DNA of 64,000 nt. Source: Octopus bimaculoides (lineage: Eukaryota). The position numbers were made by a program, and so were the translations under genes. The notes below the pieces were generated by a model. That model was not told the origin of the DNA. It did not search any database and was given only the letters and a program-made list of their open reading frames with translations. Of this stretch, positions 1 through 13,898 are shown piece by piece. The stretch spans positions 49,237,499 to 49,301,498 of the forward strand of contig NC_068984.1 of the NCBI RefSeq assembly GCF_001194135.2. The letters run 5' to 3'. Every line of letters starts with the position of its first letter. The stretch's first letter is position 1.

Positions 1-1820
1 TTTTTATTTTCACATTAAATTCTGATATGATCGTAATTTAAACACTCTGAAAGGTATTTGGCGAAATTCTCATTCAAAATTACCAATTATTCGGAAAGTC
101 AAGAAAAACAAAGCTAACTCGCGTGTTTTTTTCTGAAACATCTCTCACCTCCCACCCCGAAAGCTTTAGTTTTCCACAGCAAATTCAGATATAATCGGAA
201 CCTACGCCATCTGAAACATATATGTAGAAAATTTCATTAAAACATATCCATTTTTCTGGAAGTTATTAAAAAACAAATTTGGTAGACACATTTGTGTCTG
301 TATGCGCATTGTTTTTACATAACACTAAGATTACATTGCTATTATATATCTACATATCAGCTTGCTTCGCTTCACTTTCGTTTTGTATGTAACATTATTT
401 AATTACATAGCTACAAGTTATAAAAAAGAAAGTATATACTTCTTTTGTCCGGCTTTCATTAGAAGGGTGAGTACACTGTGAATGGGATGGGCTCAGTTTT
501 TCACTCCGCATAAACGTAAACAGTATTTACGATGATGTTATGTTTAGTAACGAATACTAACAGTATAAATAATGCATCGTAGTGTGTATACACATATGCA
601 TATATTAAAAAAATTGAAATACAGGTAAAACTCATTTTTGCCAACTCTGTGAACTGGAGCAACGTGTCTCGCTCAACGACACAAAAACAATGGCTTTTTA
701 GGATAAAAATCAAATAAACGTCTTAATTCGTAATCAATAGTTTAGTCGATGACGTCAGAAATTAAATAATGCATGTTTATGAAGAATGCTGTAGGTGAAA
801 GTACATTAACTATTTTTACTGCAAATAATTCTACAGATATTAATTTGAAATCCTCAGCTGTAGAAACGATGATGGTATGAAAATTTTCGATTATCGATCT
901 AGTACTCAACGCTCTGAATCAAATCCTACCGTGGTTCATGTTTATGCTTCATCATTTCTGGGTCGTTTAATACAGAGACAATCCCTTCACTGTTCCTTTT
1001 TTTGTTTTTTGTTCGTCACAAAACTTGGGACTTGGAATAAAATGCGATCGCTCCTCCAGATCGAAAAATGCCTAAAGATACACCGTATGACATGACAACG
1101 CTCCAATGACTGAAGGGATGAGGAAAGGTGAATCTTTGCATGAATCTTTGTATGTATATATGATCTGCGCGCGCGCACAAACACACACACACACACACAC
1201 ACACCATGAGCTGTTATCGTCTGAAATCTATTCGACGTTGTAACGTTATATATATAAGCACGTGCATTTTTATTCATATGCATATCTTTATATCTCTCTC
1301 GCTACCAGTATCTAGATTATTGTGTATGTATTTCTGTATGCTTGGGTGTATGAAGTATCATTTTTATGCACGCACATACGCATACGTGTATATATGTATG
1401 TATTATGTATGCATGCATGTGTGTATATACGCATGTATGTGTATATGTGTGTCTATGTGTGGGTGTCTGCATAGATGTGAAAACCTTGAATACATTGATA
1501 CTTAATCTTTCCTGCTTTCTGTGTTATTTATATAAGTCCCATTCTTTTCTTCTGTGTAATTTTGCATTCTTTTCACTCTAACTTATGCTTTTGGTAAGAA
1601 ACATGTTTCAATCGATTCACTTCTAATCCAGCTCATTTGAGGCACTGTATGTATCTTTAAAAATACATAGATGTATTAAGCAGTATGTGACATTAACATA
1701 TGCTTGTATATATGTGAGTTTATATCTATGTATATATGGTTATATGTATATCATGTATATCATATATTAACATATATACACACATATATACATATATATA
1801 TATGTATCTATACATATATC

Positions 1821-1861
<41 letters not shown>

Positions 1862-1865
1862 ATTG

Positions 1866-2030
1866 GCAACGAGTCGTTATCTTTCGATATTTCCGCTACG
1901 ATGAGTATTCCGGCCAGTACCTCACGATATTCAGTTTGGCCACCACACCCGAATTGGCCACTACTTACCTCCAACGGGAATTAGAGCTCATTTTCTCCCT
2001 CAATTATATACGTTTTATAATCTGAATTCC
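1866..2030 (+). mobile_element. Possible Penelope-like GIY-YIG C-terminal remnant
   Basis: Frame reads YFRYDEYSGQYLTIFSL...QRELELIFSLN, resembling the PLE ending HFxxxxHS...ExxLIFxLGTL; followed by a pyrimidine-rich tract like other PLE ends here. Weak. Confidence 0.3.
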
Positions 2031-2116
2031 TCTCCATTCTTCCAACCTTTTCTTCCCCTTCCTGTCTTTCACTGTAACCTCATCCCATTCTCTCTCTCCC
2101 CTCTCCCCTTTATGCG

Positions 2117-2152
<36 letters not shown>

Positions 2153-2579
2153 CTATCTTTCTCTCTCTGTCTCCCCTCTTCTCTCATACCGCTCCCTTGT
2201 AACCCACTCTCGCTCAAACCCTCCCGACTAAAATACCTCTCACCCTATACCACTCTCACATTCACCCATATATCCTCAACACATCAACATTGTTCCGTAT
2301 ACATACCCCCATACTACTATTCCCTTCCTCACAACTTCACACCTCCCACTAACGCATGCAGACACGCAACATACACACTCTCTTCATCTATTCTACCGTC
2401 TTGTGCTTTTGACACAACAACAAGAACCAGCATATTCATACAGGCATAACCACACATACAAGTAAACCTTCATATATCCACTTTCCACATAATTTATGCA
2501 CACACACTCACATTTCGTGATTCACATACTCTCTCGTCTCTCCAAATGATTTTATAAGTTCCAGTTTGATGTTTTCATG

Positions 2580-2930
2580 AAAATACAGTATCTCCATTTT
2601 ATGTTCAATGACCTCAGGACTCCTTTTTTTGCAGCCTATGTTTCGTCAACAATGGAGCCTAGTCGCTTGAACTTGTCGCCCTGAGTTACAGCGCCCTTGA
2701 GTGTCGTGTGGTAAGCAATTGTAGTTCCTTGGTAGCTGCCATAATATTGGTCCTTTTTGTGCGAATCTCTAGTTAAACTTGGTTAGAGCTTCAACTAACC
2801 CTGTCATTCAAACTTTGGATCCTAGCCGACGAAGTAGCGATTACAGCACGTTGTCAAACAAAATCCTCCACAAATTCTAGATCACCTCTTCCGGGAAGCT
2901 TCGTATGTGATACAAAACTCATCCGTAATT
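2580..2930 (-). mobile_element. Decayed RTE-type LINE reverse transcriptase fragment
   Basis: Manual translation with frameshifts: ILF(x)DN-AVIATSSARIQSLNDRV (YADD region), LEIRTKRTNIM (GLxINxxKT), DKFKRLGSIV (FKYLGS), NIKWR. Confidence 0.45.
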
Positions 2931-2995
2931 ATCTATTTTCATAGAGTTGCGAATAATATATGTGCGTGCGTGTGTGTTTCTTTGTGTGTGTGTAT

Positions 2996-3387
2996 CAGAC
3001 ACGTGCCGTCAGTAATTACTCAGGGTAGGCGGTTGGTGACGTTTATGCAGTAAAGCACACAAAAAATAAGCGAAATACAGGCGCGCGTCCGTGTTGTAGG
3101 CAGCTTCACTTCTGCCTTTATAGCGCGTTAAGAAAATGTCGTTGTAGGAATGTACCACAGCAGTTCTATGCGTAACTTTAATATTGAGATTGAAAAGCAG
3201 CGGCAAATTATGTCTACCTAACCTACAAAAAAAAACATCTTTGTATTTTGTGCATAGTAATCAGAGTAACTTTCATAATTTTATTGAATTAGGTGCATAT
3301 TTTGCCATTAAAGGAAAATATTACTATTAATCTATTTTATTCAAGGTAGGCACTGCCTACCTTGCCTATCCAGGCGGCACGTCCCTG
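2996..3387. mobile_element. hAT-like MITE (non-autonomous DNA transposon)
   Basis: Ends CAGACACGTGCCG (2996) and CGGCACGTCCCTG (ends 3387) are 13-bp inverted repeats with 2 mismatches; subterminal GGTAGGC/GCCTACC motifs; no ORF; flanking 8-mers match only 5/8. Confidence 0.45.
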
Positions 3388-3408
3388 ATGAATATATATA
3401 TATATATA

Positions 3409-3458
<50 letters not shown>

Positions 3459-3769
3459 TTTGTGTGTGTGTGAGTGTGTATAAATATATTTATATGTACG
3501 CATCCTTTTCCAAGTAAGTTTTATATTATTATATATTTGTAAACGTACATAAGTATGTATACATATATNNNNNNNNNNNNNNNNNNNNNNNNNNNNNNNN
3601 NNNNNNNNNNNNNNNNNNNNNNNNNNNNNNNNNNNNNNNNNNNNNNNNNNNNNNNNNNNNNNNNNNNNNNNNNNNNNNNNNNNNNNNNNNNNNNNNNNNN
3701 NNNNNNNNNNNNNNNNNNNNNNNNNNNNNNNNNNNNNNNNNNNNNNNNNNNNNNNNNNNATATATATAC

Positions 3770-4080
3770 TGGAACTCCGTCGGTTACGACGACAAGGGGT
3801 CGAGGGTTCCAGTTAATCTGATCAGCAGAATACTTTGCTCGTGAATTAGCATGTAAGTGGCTGAGCACTCCATAGACATGCAGACCCTTAAAGGAGTTCT
3901 CAGGAAGATTCAGCGGTAACAAAGAATGTGACAAGACTGACTCTTTGAATTACAGTTCCAACTCATTTTTGCCAGCTGAATGGACTGGAGCAACGTAAAA
4001 TAAAGTGTCTTGCTCAATTACAAGATGCGTCACTAGGTATCCAACTCACAACCTTACGATCGTGAGCTTAATACCTCAAC
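3770..4080 (-). mobile_element. tRNA-derived SINE, family B (diverged copy)
   Basis: Aligns by eye with 43404-43792 (GTCGAGGGTTCCAGTT...AAGTGGCTGAGCACTCCA...TGTGACAAG); degenerate tRNA head at the right end. Confidence 0.7.
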
Positions 4081-4230
4081 CACTTAGCCAAATACCTTCA
4101 GAAAGCAAAAGGCAAAGATGCAATTTACTTTGTATTTCTATAGCCCCTCGTTCAAGACATTTGGAAAAGTGAAGGATGGAAAATTTGCTGCTCAAATGTG
4201 TGGAGGAGGAAGGAGGAAGGTGACATGTTA

Positions 4231-4385
4231 CTATAGTAATTTGTCTGCTTCATGTAGTTCCTTCCTCTTGCCAATGGCTGGTCTCAGTTCGTTGATAAGA
4301 AGGGCCTCCATGGCTCTGAGATTGCTCCTGTTGTATTGATTCGGCCTGACGGTTATCTTAAAATCGTTGGTCTGGCACTTTTTTA
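4231..4385 (-). mobile_element. Penelope-like GIY-YIG endonuclease C-terminal remnant
   Basis: NDFKITV...NLRAMEALLINELRPAIGKRKE matches the PLE pattern FxIL...LxxxEALxIxxxxPxLNxxxE. Confidence 0.55.
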
Positions 4386-4952
4386 GGTATTTTATATACA
4401 TACATACGCACACACACACACATACACACACACATACACACACACATACACACACACATACATATATATACGTATATACGTGTGTGTGTTACAGAAAATA
4501 TAACAAAGTTAAATCTTTTGAGAAGCCAACAAAAATATATATAAAGAAAATATAAGGATTCGATATATTTGGTTCGATTATTGTGAATTATATTATGATC
4601 ACCATTGTAAGTGTTCTTCTTAGCTACTTAATAGAAAATGGTATATTCCTATCCTAAATTTTTATTGCATAATTGAACAGAAGAAAAAATGATAACTTGG
4701 TACTTTGCCCAACTGTGGCATTTTTTTTTTTTTTTATGAAATAATTCAAAAGACGATAAAAACCGTTTTATTCGCACTTAACTCTAGCTTTGAGCAGGAA
4801 TAAGACAGATATATATTAAAATAAAATTGCAGGTTTCATAAAATGTTTCCAATAAGAAAAATATTATTTTCTTAACTAGGCACAAAGTTTTAAGTATTTT
4901 CAGTTTATAGAAACCTACATTGTGAAGTTAATGCATTTCTGCCAAAAGTTAA

Positions 4953-4967
4953 GTGAATAATAATGAC

Positions 4968-5056
<89 letters not shown>

Positions 5057-5067
5057 TGATGATGATG

Positions 5068-5144
<77 letters not shown>

Positions 5145-5160
5145 GGAGGAGGAGGAGGAA
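4953..5160. repeat. Compound (AAT)n-(GAT)n-(AAT)n-(GGA)n microsatellite
   Basis: Read directly. Confidence 0.95.
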
Positions 5161-8100
5161 AGCGAGATCAGGGTAAAAAATAGTGCACCCCGACTTACAG
5201 ATAAATAGCCCTCAAACACTCTACTCTCTTGTCAAAAACAAAGCACATTAGACACTAAAGTCCCTGATATACAAAGAAAATGTGATAGTTATGACTGGAA
5301 TGCCCTCTGTGATAGTTTGCTCGCATATGTCTGATCAGGAGCTGAACGACAAAAATGTGCTGCATGACAAAGTAGGTAATAGAATTAAAAACTACATTGT
5401 TGCTCTAGGATTTAGCACTATCGCAAATAAACCATGCTACAAGCCATTTTCATTAGCGAGTCGAGACTGAATATAAATATTTGTGAATGAAAAATAATTA
5501 AATAGAAAAACGTAATAAAGAATGCCACCGGAAAAAAACACATAAGTTTATATGAAAACAAGGATTTGTTAGAAAGATAGACTTCACAGTATGAAGGTGG
5601 GGACCGCATATTATTCCAGTGGATGCAATGTTGAGCAATATTCCTTTCACAAATGCTTTACCAATTAATTATAAGTAGAATATTTGGGTCGATTTCATTG
5701 TTTATATTTTTCCCAAAATAAGTCGTTTTGTGCTTAGTTTAAATCATTTTAAACAACCTTTAAAATAAAATGGGTATGCAAATAAACAAAACACTAAATG
5801 TAATCACACAAACTATCAGTACCTAGTTACAAATTTAAAGGAGCAGAAGGAAAAGAAGTCAATATACTAAATATCATAATACTAAACAGAAAAAATACTA
5901 TAAAGCATAGGGTGTATAGTTTTCTAAACCTGAAAGTAGACGATTTTGTTATAAATTAGAAGTGAGAAATAGCTAATAAGCATAACTTCATCTTTACAAA
6001 ATTATGGCAGGAGACTCATACTATGGTTTTGAAGTCAACATCTTTGCCTCAAACACGTCTCCTCCATCGCGTTAAGGAAAGTGTGTTCTACAACAATATC
6101 GAATCGAACAAGGCCATTCAAATGAAATTACAAAATTTATATTATTATAATAAATATGTATTCAAGCTTCAGTTGCATATATTTTAATGTTCGAATGATT
6201 AACACTGTTCCTAAACGAAAAAAGTGGGCAGAGAGTAAGATTCTCCACATTTGTGGTTCGTCAGCATAGCCATTGTAAAACAGCAGAAAGACAAACAGGA
6301 AGAATAAGACAAAGAAGTAAGAGAATGTCTGAAAGTAAATTGTAATTGTTAGAAAAATCCATATTCCATATACTCATGCTTTTGTCATTCTAATCCTAGA
6401 TTCAACTTGGGTCCATTTAGTCTTTTACCGTTCTAGGATCAATAAAATAAATACTGATCAATTAAAACTGTTCCTTTGCTACCCGACGTTAAAATTCAAT
6501 TTTACTATTGATTAGAATTGTTGCACCTTTGTTGATCAAGTAGTGGTTAGATTATAGTGGTAGACTAGAGGTGACATGGTGCTGATCCAATTATTGTGAC
6601 CATAATAATATTAATTTTCCAACTAAAAATAACTTTGTGTTGATAGCGTCGTTGGTAGTATGTTTTTGTTGCTATTATTGTTATTACATACTCAATCACA
6701 AATGCTTTAACTTAGAGTCAAAGAAATATTAGAACATTATATTATAAATTTCCTTAATGGAAGTATTGGTAGAATCTTTCAACAACGACAAAATAGTGAA
6801 AGATTTAATTGTCTCCCTTTACCCTTTCCAGTTGACATCCTACAGACATGTATGGTGTAAAAAATCGTTATACTAATATCTACTGTTTTTATCATATTTT
6901 CTGATATGCCAGAAAGCAAACAACACTCATTAATTGATTTTCAATTTATACTTAATTTTGTTTTTATGTGAATCAAAATGTATAAAGTAGATTTAATGAA
7001 GTTTTCTTGAAAAATGTCTTGCATTCATTTAAATTCAAGCATGACTTACATTAATATAAACTAAAATTTTAAAATATATATACTATTCTGTCTTTTAATC
7101 CAATTTAGTTTGAGAAGATGGAAACAGCACAGGTAAATGCTTGTTCCATAAGCTTGCACAAAAAGACATGAACATTTTCTCGCATAAATGACTTGCATAT
7201 GAGTCATCAAGCAACTGAAGTTATTCATTTTCTGAAGAGCAGTAAGTTGCAAAATTCTTCTTCTTATTATTATTATTATATGACAAAGCCTTATAATTTG
7301 ATGTTAGAAATCATCATCATCGTATTCTTTATTATTGTTATTGTTGCTGTTGTTGTCAGCATCTTCATTATCATTCGCATCATCACCATCTTAAAAAATT
7401 ATGGTTCCAGAAATACATCAAGGGTTTCCTTTCTTAAAACAAGAACTAGCTACATCTTATAGAAAATGTACAGAAATATTTATGATTAACTAGAATACTT
7501 AGGATTCTCCTAAACTGTGTTCTTGTGTCTTAATTAAAAACAATTATTATAATTATTGTTTTTGTCAATGTAGCAAGCTAGCAGAATGGTTACTACATCA
7601 GATAAACACATGAGCGACATTTCCTCCGGCATTTTACATTCTGAGTTCGAACGCCGTCGAGGTCGACTTTTCCTTTCAGTTTTTCGTGGTCTAACCCTAC
7701 CCACAAAATTAATAGACTGGTGCCAAACTATTAGGCCATCATTATTAGTGGTTCTGTTAGTGAAGATGCTGTAGAGGCCGAGCAGTCAGAATTGTAAGCG
7801 CGCCGAACAAAATGCTTAGCGGCATTTCTTAATGCTCTTCAGGTTGAGTTCAAATGCTGCCGAGATCAACGTTTCATGTAATCCTATTTGTGTCGATATA
7901 AAAAAGTGCTAATGAGGTACTGAAGTTGAGGGTATCGACTTCTTCAAAAGAGCCGATTTTGTACTAAAATCAGAAAGAATAATTATTACTCCTGTGTTTT
8001 CGGGAATAGATGGATAGAAGTGTGACGAAACTTTTTTTCTGATATATATATATATACTTTTAAAATTCTTTAAATTGTTTCAGCTTTAAAGCTGCGGTCA

Positions 8101-8539
8101 TGCTGGNNNNNNNNNNNNNNNNNNNNNNNNNNNNNNNNNNNNNNNNNNNNNNNNNNNNNNNNNNNNNNNNNNNNNNNNNNNNNNNNNNNNNNNNNNNNNN
8201 NNNNNNNNNNNNNNNNNNNNNNNNNNNNNNNNNCTGTCAACATAAGATGGCTTCCTGGCAGAAAAAGTAACGATTGCGAAAGTGAAAACAGAAATGAACA
8301 TAAAAGAAAAACCAAAGAAGCAAAAAATGAAAATATTCGGATTTAATTGTAAAACAAGACGTATAGGAGAAAAATAATTGCATTGTGGGATATGTTAACT
8401 TTAATTCGAATAATTCCAACAATAGGATCAACAATAATAACTACGACGAACACACATCATATACACAAACAAACAAAAATATTTTGTGAAGAATAGTGAA
8501 AACGTTAAATCTAATGGTAATTTTTTTTTTTTTTTTTTT

Positions 8540-9085
8540 TGCAGCGCATGCGATCAAAGTGACACTGAGGTATAAACATAAGAAGCCCAATGTACTGATA
8601 ATGACTGATAAGGGTGCATCAGACACATGCATCACAACCATGTGTACGCGACATGATGTCCGCATATTAAAAAAAAAACAGCGTTTGGCTTTGAAGGTGA
8701 AGACCAATTAGAATTTTCTTCAGGTCGAGCACCCCATCCCTCTCAAAAGGTCTCTGAATAAGGTTTGTTTAAGGGTGATGAACGAAACGCCCATGTTTGT
8801 AGAGGTGAATTATTCTAACCTTAAAGAATTTCTCTCAACACATCGCTATGATGCTCCCTACTACTCCTGCTCATGATCAAAAATGATGCACACATCTTCA
8901 GCCACCAAGGAACACGCTCAACTGGCTAAAGCCAAGCAGGTGGCAGGCAAATTTGTGGTTTTGAGCTGAATATTTTCTGTAGCATATCTTTTACACTAAG
9001 ACAAAAAACGTACATATTAACAATTCCAATCAGTTAAGATCAGAAGCCATGTCAGCCACTGCTTAGTACTGCATCAGGGTATCTA
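8540..9085. mobile_element. Non-coding ~550-bp interspersed repeat, copy 1
   Basis: Colinear with 11882-12405 (GAAGCCCA...GATAAGGGT...TTAGAATTTTCTTCAGGTCGAG...CAGTTAAGAT-AGAAGCCATG...CATCAGGG); abuts (TTA)n. Confidence 0.8.
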
Positions 9086-9100
9086 CTATCATTGTTGTTC

Positions 9101-9160
<60 letters not shown>

Positions 9161-9165
<5 letters not shown>

Positions 9166-9772
9166 CAGTCTTATTTTTTATCCTGTGTTTTCACTGCGCT
9201 ACCGAGCGCAGCTCTGTGTGCCTTGGGTACGTACTGTAGGTTGTTGTGATGCCCTTGATTTCACTGTATTGAAATTGTGTTACGTAGGATGTGTGCAGTG
9301 CATAGTAGTGCTATATTTTGTATGTTATATATATTTGTAAGTCCTGCTGTTTTTGTTATGTATTTATCTGAATGATTATTTTTATCATGCCTAATGCGCA
9401 GACTATGATAGGAATTGTTTTATGCTCCACATTCGAGTTATCTCTATTTCCAGATCTTTACATTTTGAAAGTTTCTCCGTTTCTTTTAGAGAAACATTGT
9501 CATCTGTTGGTAGTGATACATTGATTAGAAAGCAATTTTTTTTTCTTGGTAATCTCTGACATCTATATCCACCTATTGGCCTTAATTTCTCTATCTGTGT
9601 GTATTAGCATATCCCAGAATATGCTTGCCTTAGCATTTTCTTTGACCTTTTCTGGCGTGAGCCTATACCATCTTTTTTCTGCTGTTATTCCAGTGTTGGC
9701 ATAGCTTCCAGTGTATATAAATCGCAACTTTGTCGTGTCTGTGAATATATTCCTCCTTAACCAGGACTGGGC
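9161..9772 (-). mobile_element. 5'-truncated R4/Dong-clade non-LTR retrotransposon (RLE C-terminus plus 3' UTR)
   Basis: EYIHRHDKVAIYIHWKLC, ASIFWDMLIHTDREIKANR, then IALLGTAHILR-type end; (TAA)n on both sides. Confidence 0.85.
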
Positions 9773-9788
9773 TATAATAATAATAATA

Positions 9789-9875
<87 letters not shown>

Positions 9876-10079
9876 TTTTTCATCTTTCTTCAAATTTTCT
9901 TCCACTTCTCGCCGAGTGATTTCCGTACACCTAGGGCAGAGAAACTCATTGTATGCATTCCCAGTTTACAAACGCAAATTCGCAGGTAAAATATGTACTT
10001 TAAAAAAATTAACAAATAAATAAATTCATGAATGGATGTTGTTTTCACATCGATAATGCTCTTCTCAGTACATGAGTCG

Positions 10080-10944
10080 TTCCAGTTAACACGATTTTTT
10101 GCACTTCCTATAGGGATGGTAAGCCTGGTATCATTTTCAAATAGGTTTCAGTAGCTTTTTTTTTTATCATTCCTAGAGATCCTCCAATCACTGGTACGGT
10201 AGTCGCCTTGAGGTGCTGCATTTTTTCAATTTCTATTAGCAAGTCTTTATATTTACTGATCTTGTCAAATTCTTTCGCCGCTATATTATGATTGCAGGGA
10301 ATACTCATGTAAATTAATAAACACATCTTCTTTGTCTGATCTTTTATAATAATATCCGGTTTATTAGCTTTTATAGTTTTGTCGGCATGTACGGGGAAGT
10401 CCCAGAGAATCAATACATTTTCTCCCACAGTCACAGCTTCAGGATGGTGTTTATACCATTTGTCAGCGGTTTTGATTTTATAATGCTGACATATTGTCCA
10501 GTGTAAATACTGGCCGACTTTGTCATGTCTTGCTTTCTATTCTACAGGTGCTAAGACTCTACACCATTAGATTAGGTGGTCTAAATTTTAATGGCATCGT
10601 TACAGAATCGGCTTTTTGGATCAGCTCCATTTTTTATCACATTGGCTTGGTAGTTCCGGATTAATAAGCTTTGGTCTTGAGCAGCCAATATGAAACCTTT
10701 ACTCTCTGCGTTTAGCCCTGAGCTTCGTAACCATTGATGCTGTGTTTTTGGTCGACATCAGCTTGTTTGCTACGAGCCACATACTTGTCATGCAGAAGTT
10801 TCTGTTCCCATCTGCTAGCTAATTTTTCATGAGCTTTGTCTGCAATTAATTTTATTTTCTTTGCAGTAGCAGTTGGCGCATTTCTTTCAACCTGATCAAG
10901 CTGGTGGGTATCTATGAGATCAGTAGCGAATTTTTTGCTCTCTT

Positions 10945-10945
<1 letters not shown>
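10080..10945 (-). mobile_element. R4/Dong-clade fragment (post-RT linker, CCHC region, RLE)
   Basis: HEKLASRWEQKLLHDKY; ILWDFPVHADKTIKANKPDIIIKD...CLLIYMSIPCNHNIAAKEFDKISKYKDLLIEIEK (PD-(D/E)xK RLE); right end at (TTA)n. Confidence 0.85.
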
Positions 10946-10999
<54 letters not shown>

Positions 11000-11030
11000 C
11001 ATTATTATTATTATTGTTGTTGTTGTTGTT

Positions 11031-11235
11031 GTTCAGTAGTTTTATTTTTATAGCGTGCTTTCACTTCACTACCGAGCGCAGCTCTGTGTGCCTTGGGTAT
11101 GTGCTGTGGTTTGCTGCGGTGCTCTTATGGTTACTGTATTGAAATTGTTTTGCGTAGGATGTGTGCAGTGCCCAGGAGTGCAATTTTCTGTATGTTATAT
11201 ATATATTTGTAAGTCCTGGTATTTTTGTTATGTAT
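11031..11235 (-). mobile_element. R4/Dong-clade extreme 3' end
   Basis: YNIQKIALLGTAHILRKTISIQ plus the same 3' UTR as 9161-9350; (TTA)n on both sides. Confidence 0.85.
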
Positions 11236-11379
11236 TTGTCTGAATATTTTTATTATTATTATTATTATTATTACTATTATTATTATTACTATTATTTCTT
11301 TTTCATCACAAGTTTTGCTGGAGCTCCTGCAGTCTTGCATGCATAACAGGCTTATTACCTGCAGCCTACGGTAGCATGC

Positions 11380-11815
11380 TATTCGTTCTTTTCAGCTATC
11401 TTATACTTTCTTGATTAATATGGCCGTGCCAAGGAGGCAAATCTTTTGTAGCAGTTCTACTGAGCACTCAATTCCGATTTACTTCATATTCCTCTTGATT
11501 CCTCCTGATACACTCTTCAATGACCTACCAATAACTGGCACTATCTTCGACACTTATTTTCCATTGCTGGGCTATTTCGTACTTAAGAGGGTTGTGTATG
11601 CGTATCTTTTTACCTTCCCTTTTCACTATTCGTGGGTCAAAGGGGAATGCAACATCAACTATATAGCATATGTGGTGCACCTTGTCCACCACTAATAGGT
11701 CCAGTCTGTTATACTCTAGCACCTGATCTGTTGGATTGGGAAATCCCAGAGGATTTTGCTAGTATCCGATTCCATCACTCTGTGATACCACGTCATGGCT
11801 CTCTCTAGCCCCCAC

Positions 11816-11818
<3 letters not shown>
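11380..11818 (-). mobile_element. R4/Dong-clade RLE fragment, second subfamily
   Basis: KILWDFPIQ, RLDLLVVDK...CYIVDVAFPFDPRIVKREGKKI...YEIAQQWK; right end at (TTA)n. Confidence 0.8.
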
Positions 11819-11881
<63 letters not shown>

Positions 11882-12405
11882 GAGTGAGAGAGCAGGTAAA
11901 ATATACGAAGCCCAGTATAACCATCATGACTACCCGTCTGATAAGGGTACACCAGCATCACAACCATATGTGCACGATATGGTGATCTCATATCAAGATA
12001 AACAGCGCATGACCTCGCAGGTAAGGCCCAGTTAGAATTTTCTTCAGGTCGAGTAGCACATCCTGCTCAAAAGATCCTTGAATAAGGGGTGTTTAAGGAT
12101 ATTGAACAAAACACCCATGCTTCCAGAGGTGAATTACCCAAACCCCAAAGAATTCCTCTGAAAACATAACGTTGACGTTCCTACACTACTGCCCGTGATC
12201 GGAGATGCACATATCGTTAACCACCAAGGAACATGCTCAACTGGTTAACGTCAAACAACTGACAAGCAAATCTGTGGTATTGAGTAGAATATTTGCTGTA
12301 GCCCATCTTTCATACCAAGACAAAACAATATACATGATAACACTTCCAGTCAGTTAAGATTAGAAGCCATGAGAACCACTGTCTGGTACTTCATCAGGGA
12401 ATTTA
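11882..12405. mobile_element. Non-coding ~550-bp interspersed repeat, copy 2
   Basis: Colinear with 8540-9085; bounded by TTA repeats. Confidence 0.8.
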
Positions 12406-12426
12406 TTACTGTCATTATTATTGTTA

Positions 12427-12625
12427 AGGGAGTGAGCTGGCAGAATCGTTAGCACGCCGGGCAAAATGCTTAGCTGTATTTCGCCCGTCGCTACGCTCTG
12501 AGGTCAACTTTGCCTTTCATCCTTTAGAGATCGATAAATTAAGTACCAGTGAAACACTGGGGTTGATGTAATCGACTACTCCCCCTCTTCACAAATATGA
12601 GACGTTGTGCCTCCAGTAGAAAGTA
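12427..12625 (+). mobile_element. tRNA-derived SINE, family A
   Basis: Head GAGCTGGCAGAATCGTTAGCACGCC; central GCCTTTCATCCTTT...GATAAATTAAGTACCAGT...GGGGTTGATGTAATCGAC. Further decayed copies near 7770-7880, 14960-15060, 17025-17240, 21110-21310(-), 51330-51500(-), 52860-53000(-). Confidence 0.85.
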
Positions 12626-12630
12626 TTATA

Positions 12631-12704
<74 letters not shown>

Positions 12705-13479
12705 CATTATTCCTCTCAACTGCTCGTTACTTCAATCATTACATTGTTTTGGCTCCTTGAATTCAGTATTAAAAACTATTTCTTAAATTCATTTGTTTGT
12801 CATTCAAAGTTATTTGTATTAGATTACATTTGATATCTTTTTAATAGTTTTATACAAGTTATTTTCCAAGAACGCATTCCCAATCTGACCATGGGCTGAA
12901 TAATATAAGTTTTGTTTTTCACTTATACAGTTGTACTGTTGATATGACTTGTATTCTATTTATAGGTAGTGTTCAGTATAAATGTTTGTAGTTCATAAAT
13001 TACATTAGATAAACATTAAATGTAATTTAACAAGTAAATCATTGTATTAATTATACCGTTATACCTCAGTCTTTTTCGTTTTAAAAATAATCTTTTAATT
13101 TGATGATACTTAATCGGTATATGATGAATATATTTTGGTGCAGTCAAACAGAAGTCTACTATGTTAAACATATTCAGCATTATACTGACCATGTTGCAGA
13201 GTGTGTACTGAGGCTCAGAGATCTGTAGACATTTTTAAATGGCAACAATACTTAAAAGATATGGTCTCTTCGTGCGACTCGTCTTCCTACAATTTGTTTG
13301 TTTGATCGAGTACAAAACTAGTACAAATCGAGGTGGATGACTCGTTTTTAGTATGTTACTAGGGGATCCCTGTATTCTATTTTTTAACAATACAGTTGGT
13401 AGTACGTTGACTTACATTTTATACAAGATTACATATGGATAGGAGATGTTGCTTTGTCCATTTCTTTCCTGTTTAGCTT

Positions 13480-13855
13480 AACCTAATATTTGCCATGTAG
13501 GGGCTGTTCTTGCCATCGTTTTATCATGAGACGTTGCTGTTCTAGTTTTAGTTTGGATTTCAGTTGTTTTACAGCTGGCTTTCTGTATAAGGCCTCTGCG
13601 ACTTTCGATACGTTGCATATATAACCTTTTTATGTCAGATTTTGGATAGTGTATCCTAAATTCTGTCATTATTTTCTTGTTTTTCTGTCTATTTTAATTA
13701 GTTCATTTAGAGTCAGATAAAAATATTGTAGCTGTAACTTATTACTTGATACATACAGTCTGTCTGTGTCACTTTTTGGGTGGTGTATTCCATATCTAGT
13801 CAGCAACTTCCTTGTCTTTCTGTGTAAGCTGTTTCGTTCATGGGACGGAATAGAG
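13480..13855 (-). mobile_element. R4/Dong-clade fragments (two copies of the HHPKxDxDRLY segment)
   Basis: RKTRKLLTRYGIHHPKSDTDRLYV and IHYPKSDIKRLYMQRIESRRGLI; same motif region as 62250-62350; abuts (TTA)n. Confidence 0.75.

Positions 13856-13898
<43 letters not shown>

Noticed and set aside
4905-5219. Poly-I, poly-N, poly-L and poly-Y ORFs (also at 9092, 9563-9989, 12597, 13669)
   Set aside because: Translations of (AAT)n microsatellites.
5282-5470. 62-aa ORF in unique-looking DNA as a possible exon (likewise 18035-18200 minus)
   Set aside because: No recognisable domain, no convincing splice context, length within chance expectation. RNA-seq or BLASTX would be needed.
12340-12405. CTGATGA on the minus strand at the end of the 550-bp repeat as a hammerhead or HDV-like ribozyme
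   Set aside because: No helix II followed by GAAA; copy 1 has CTGATGC; I could not build HDV P3/L3/P1.1.
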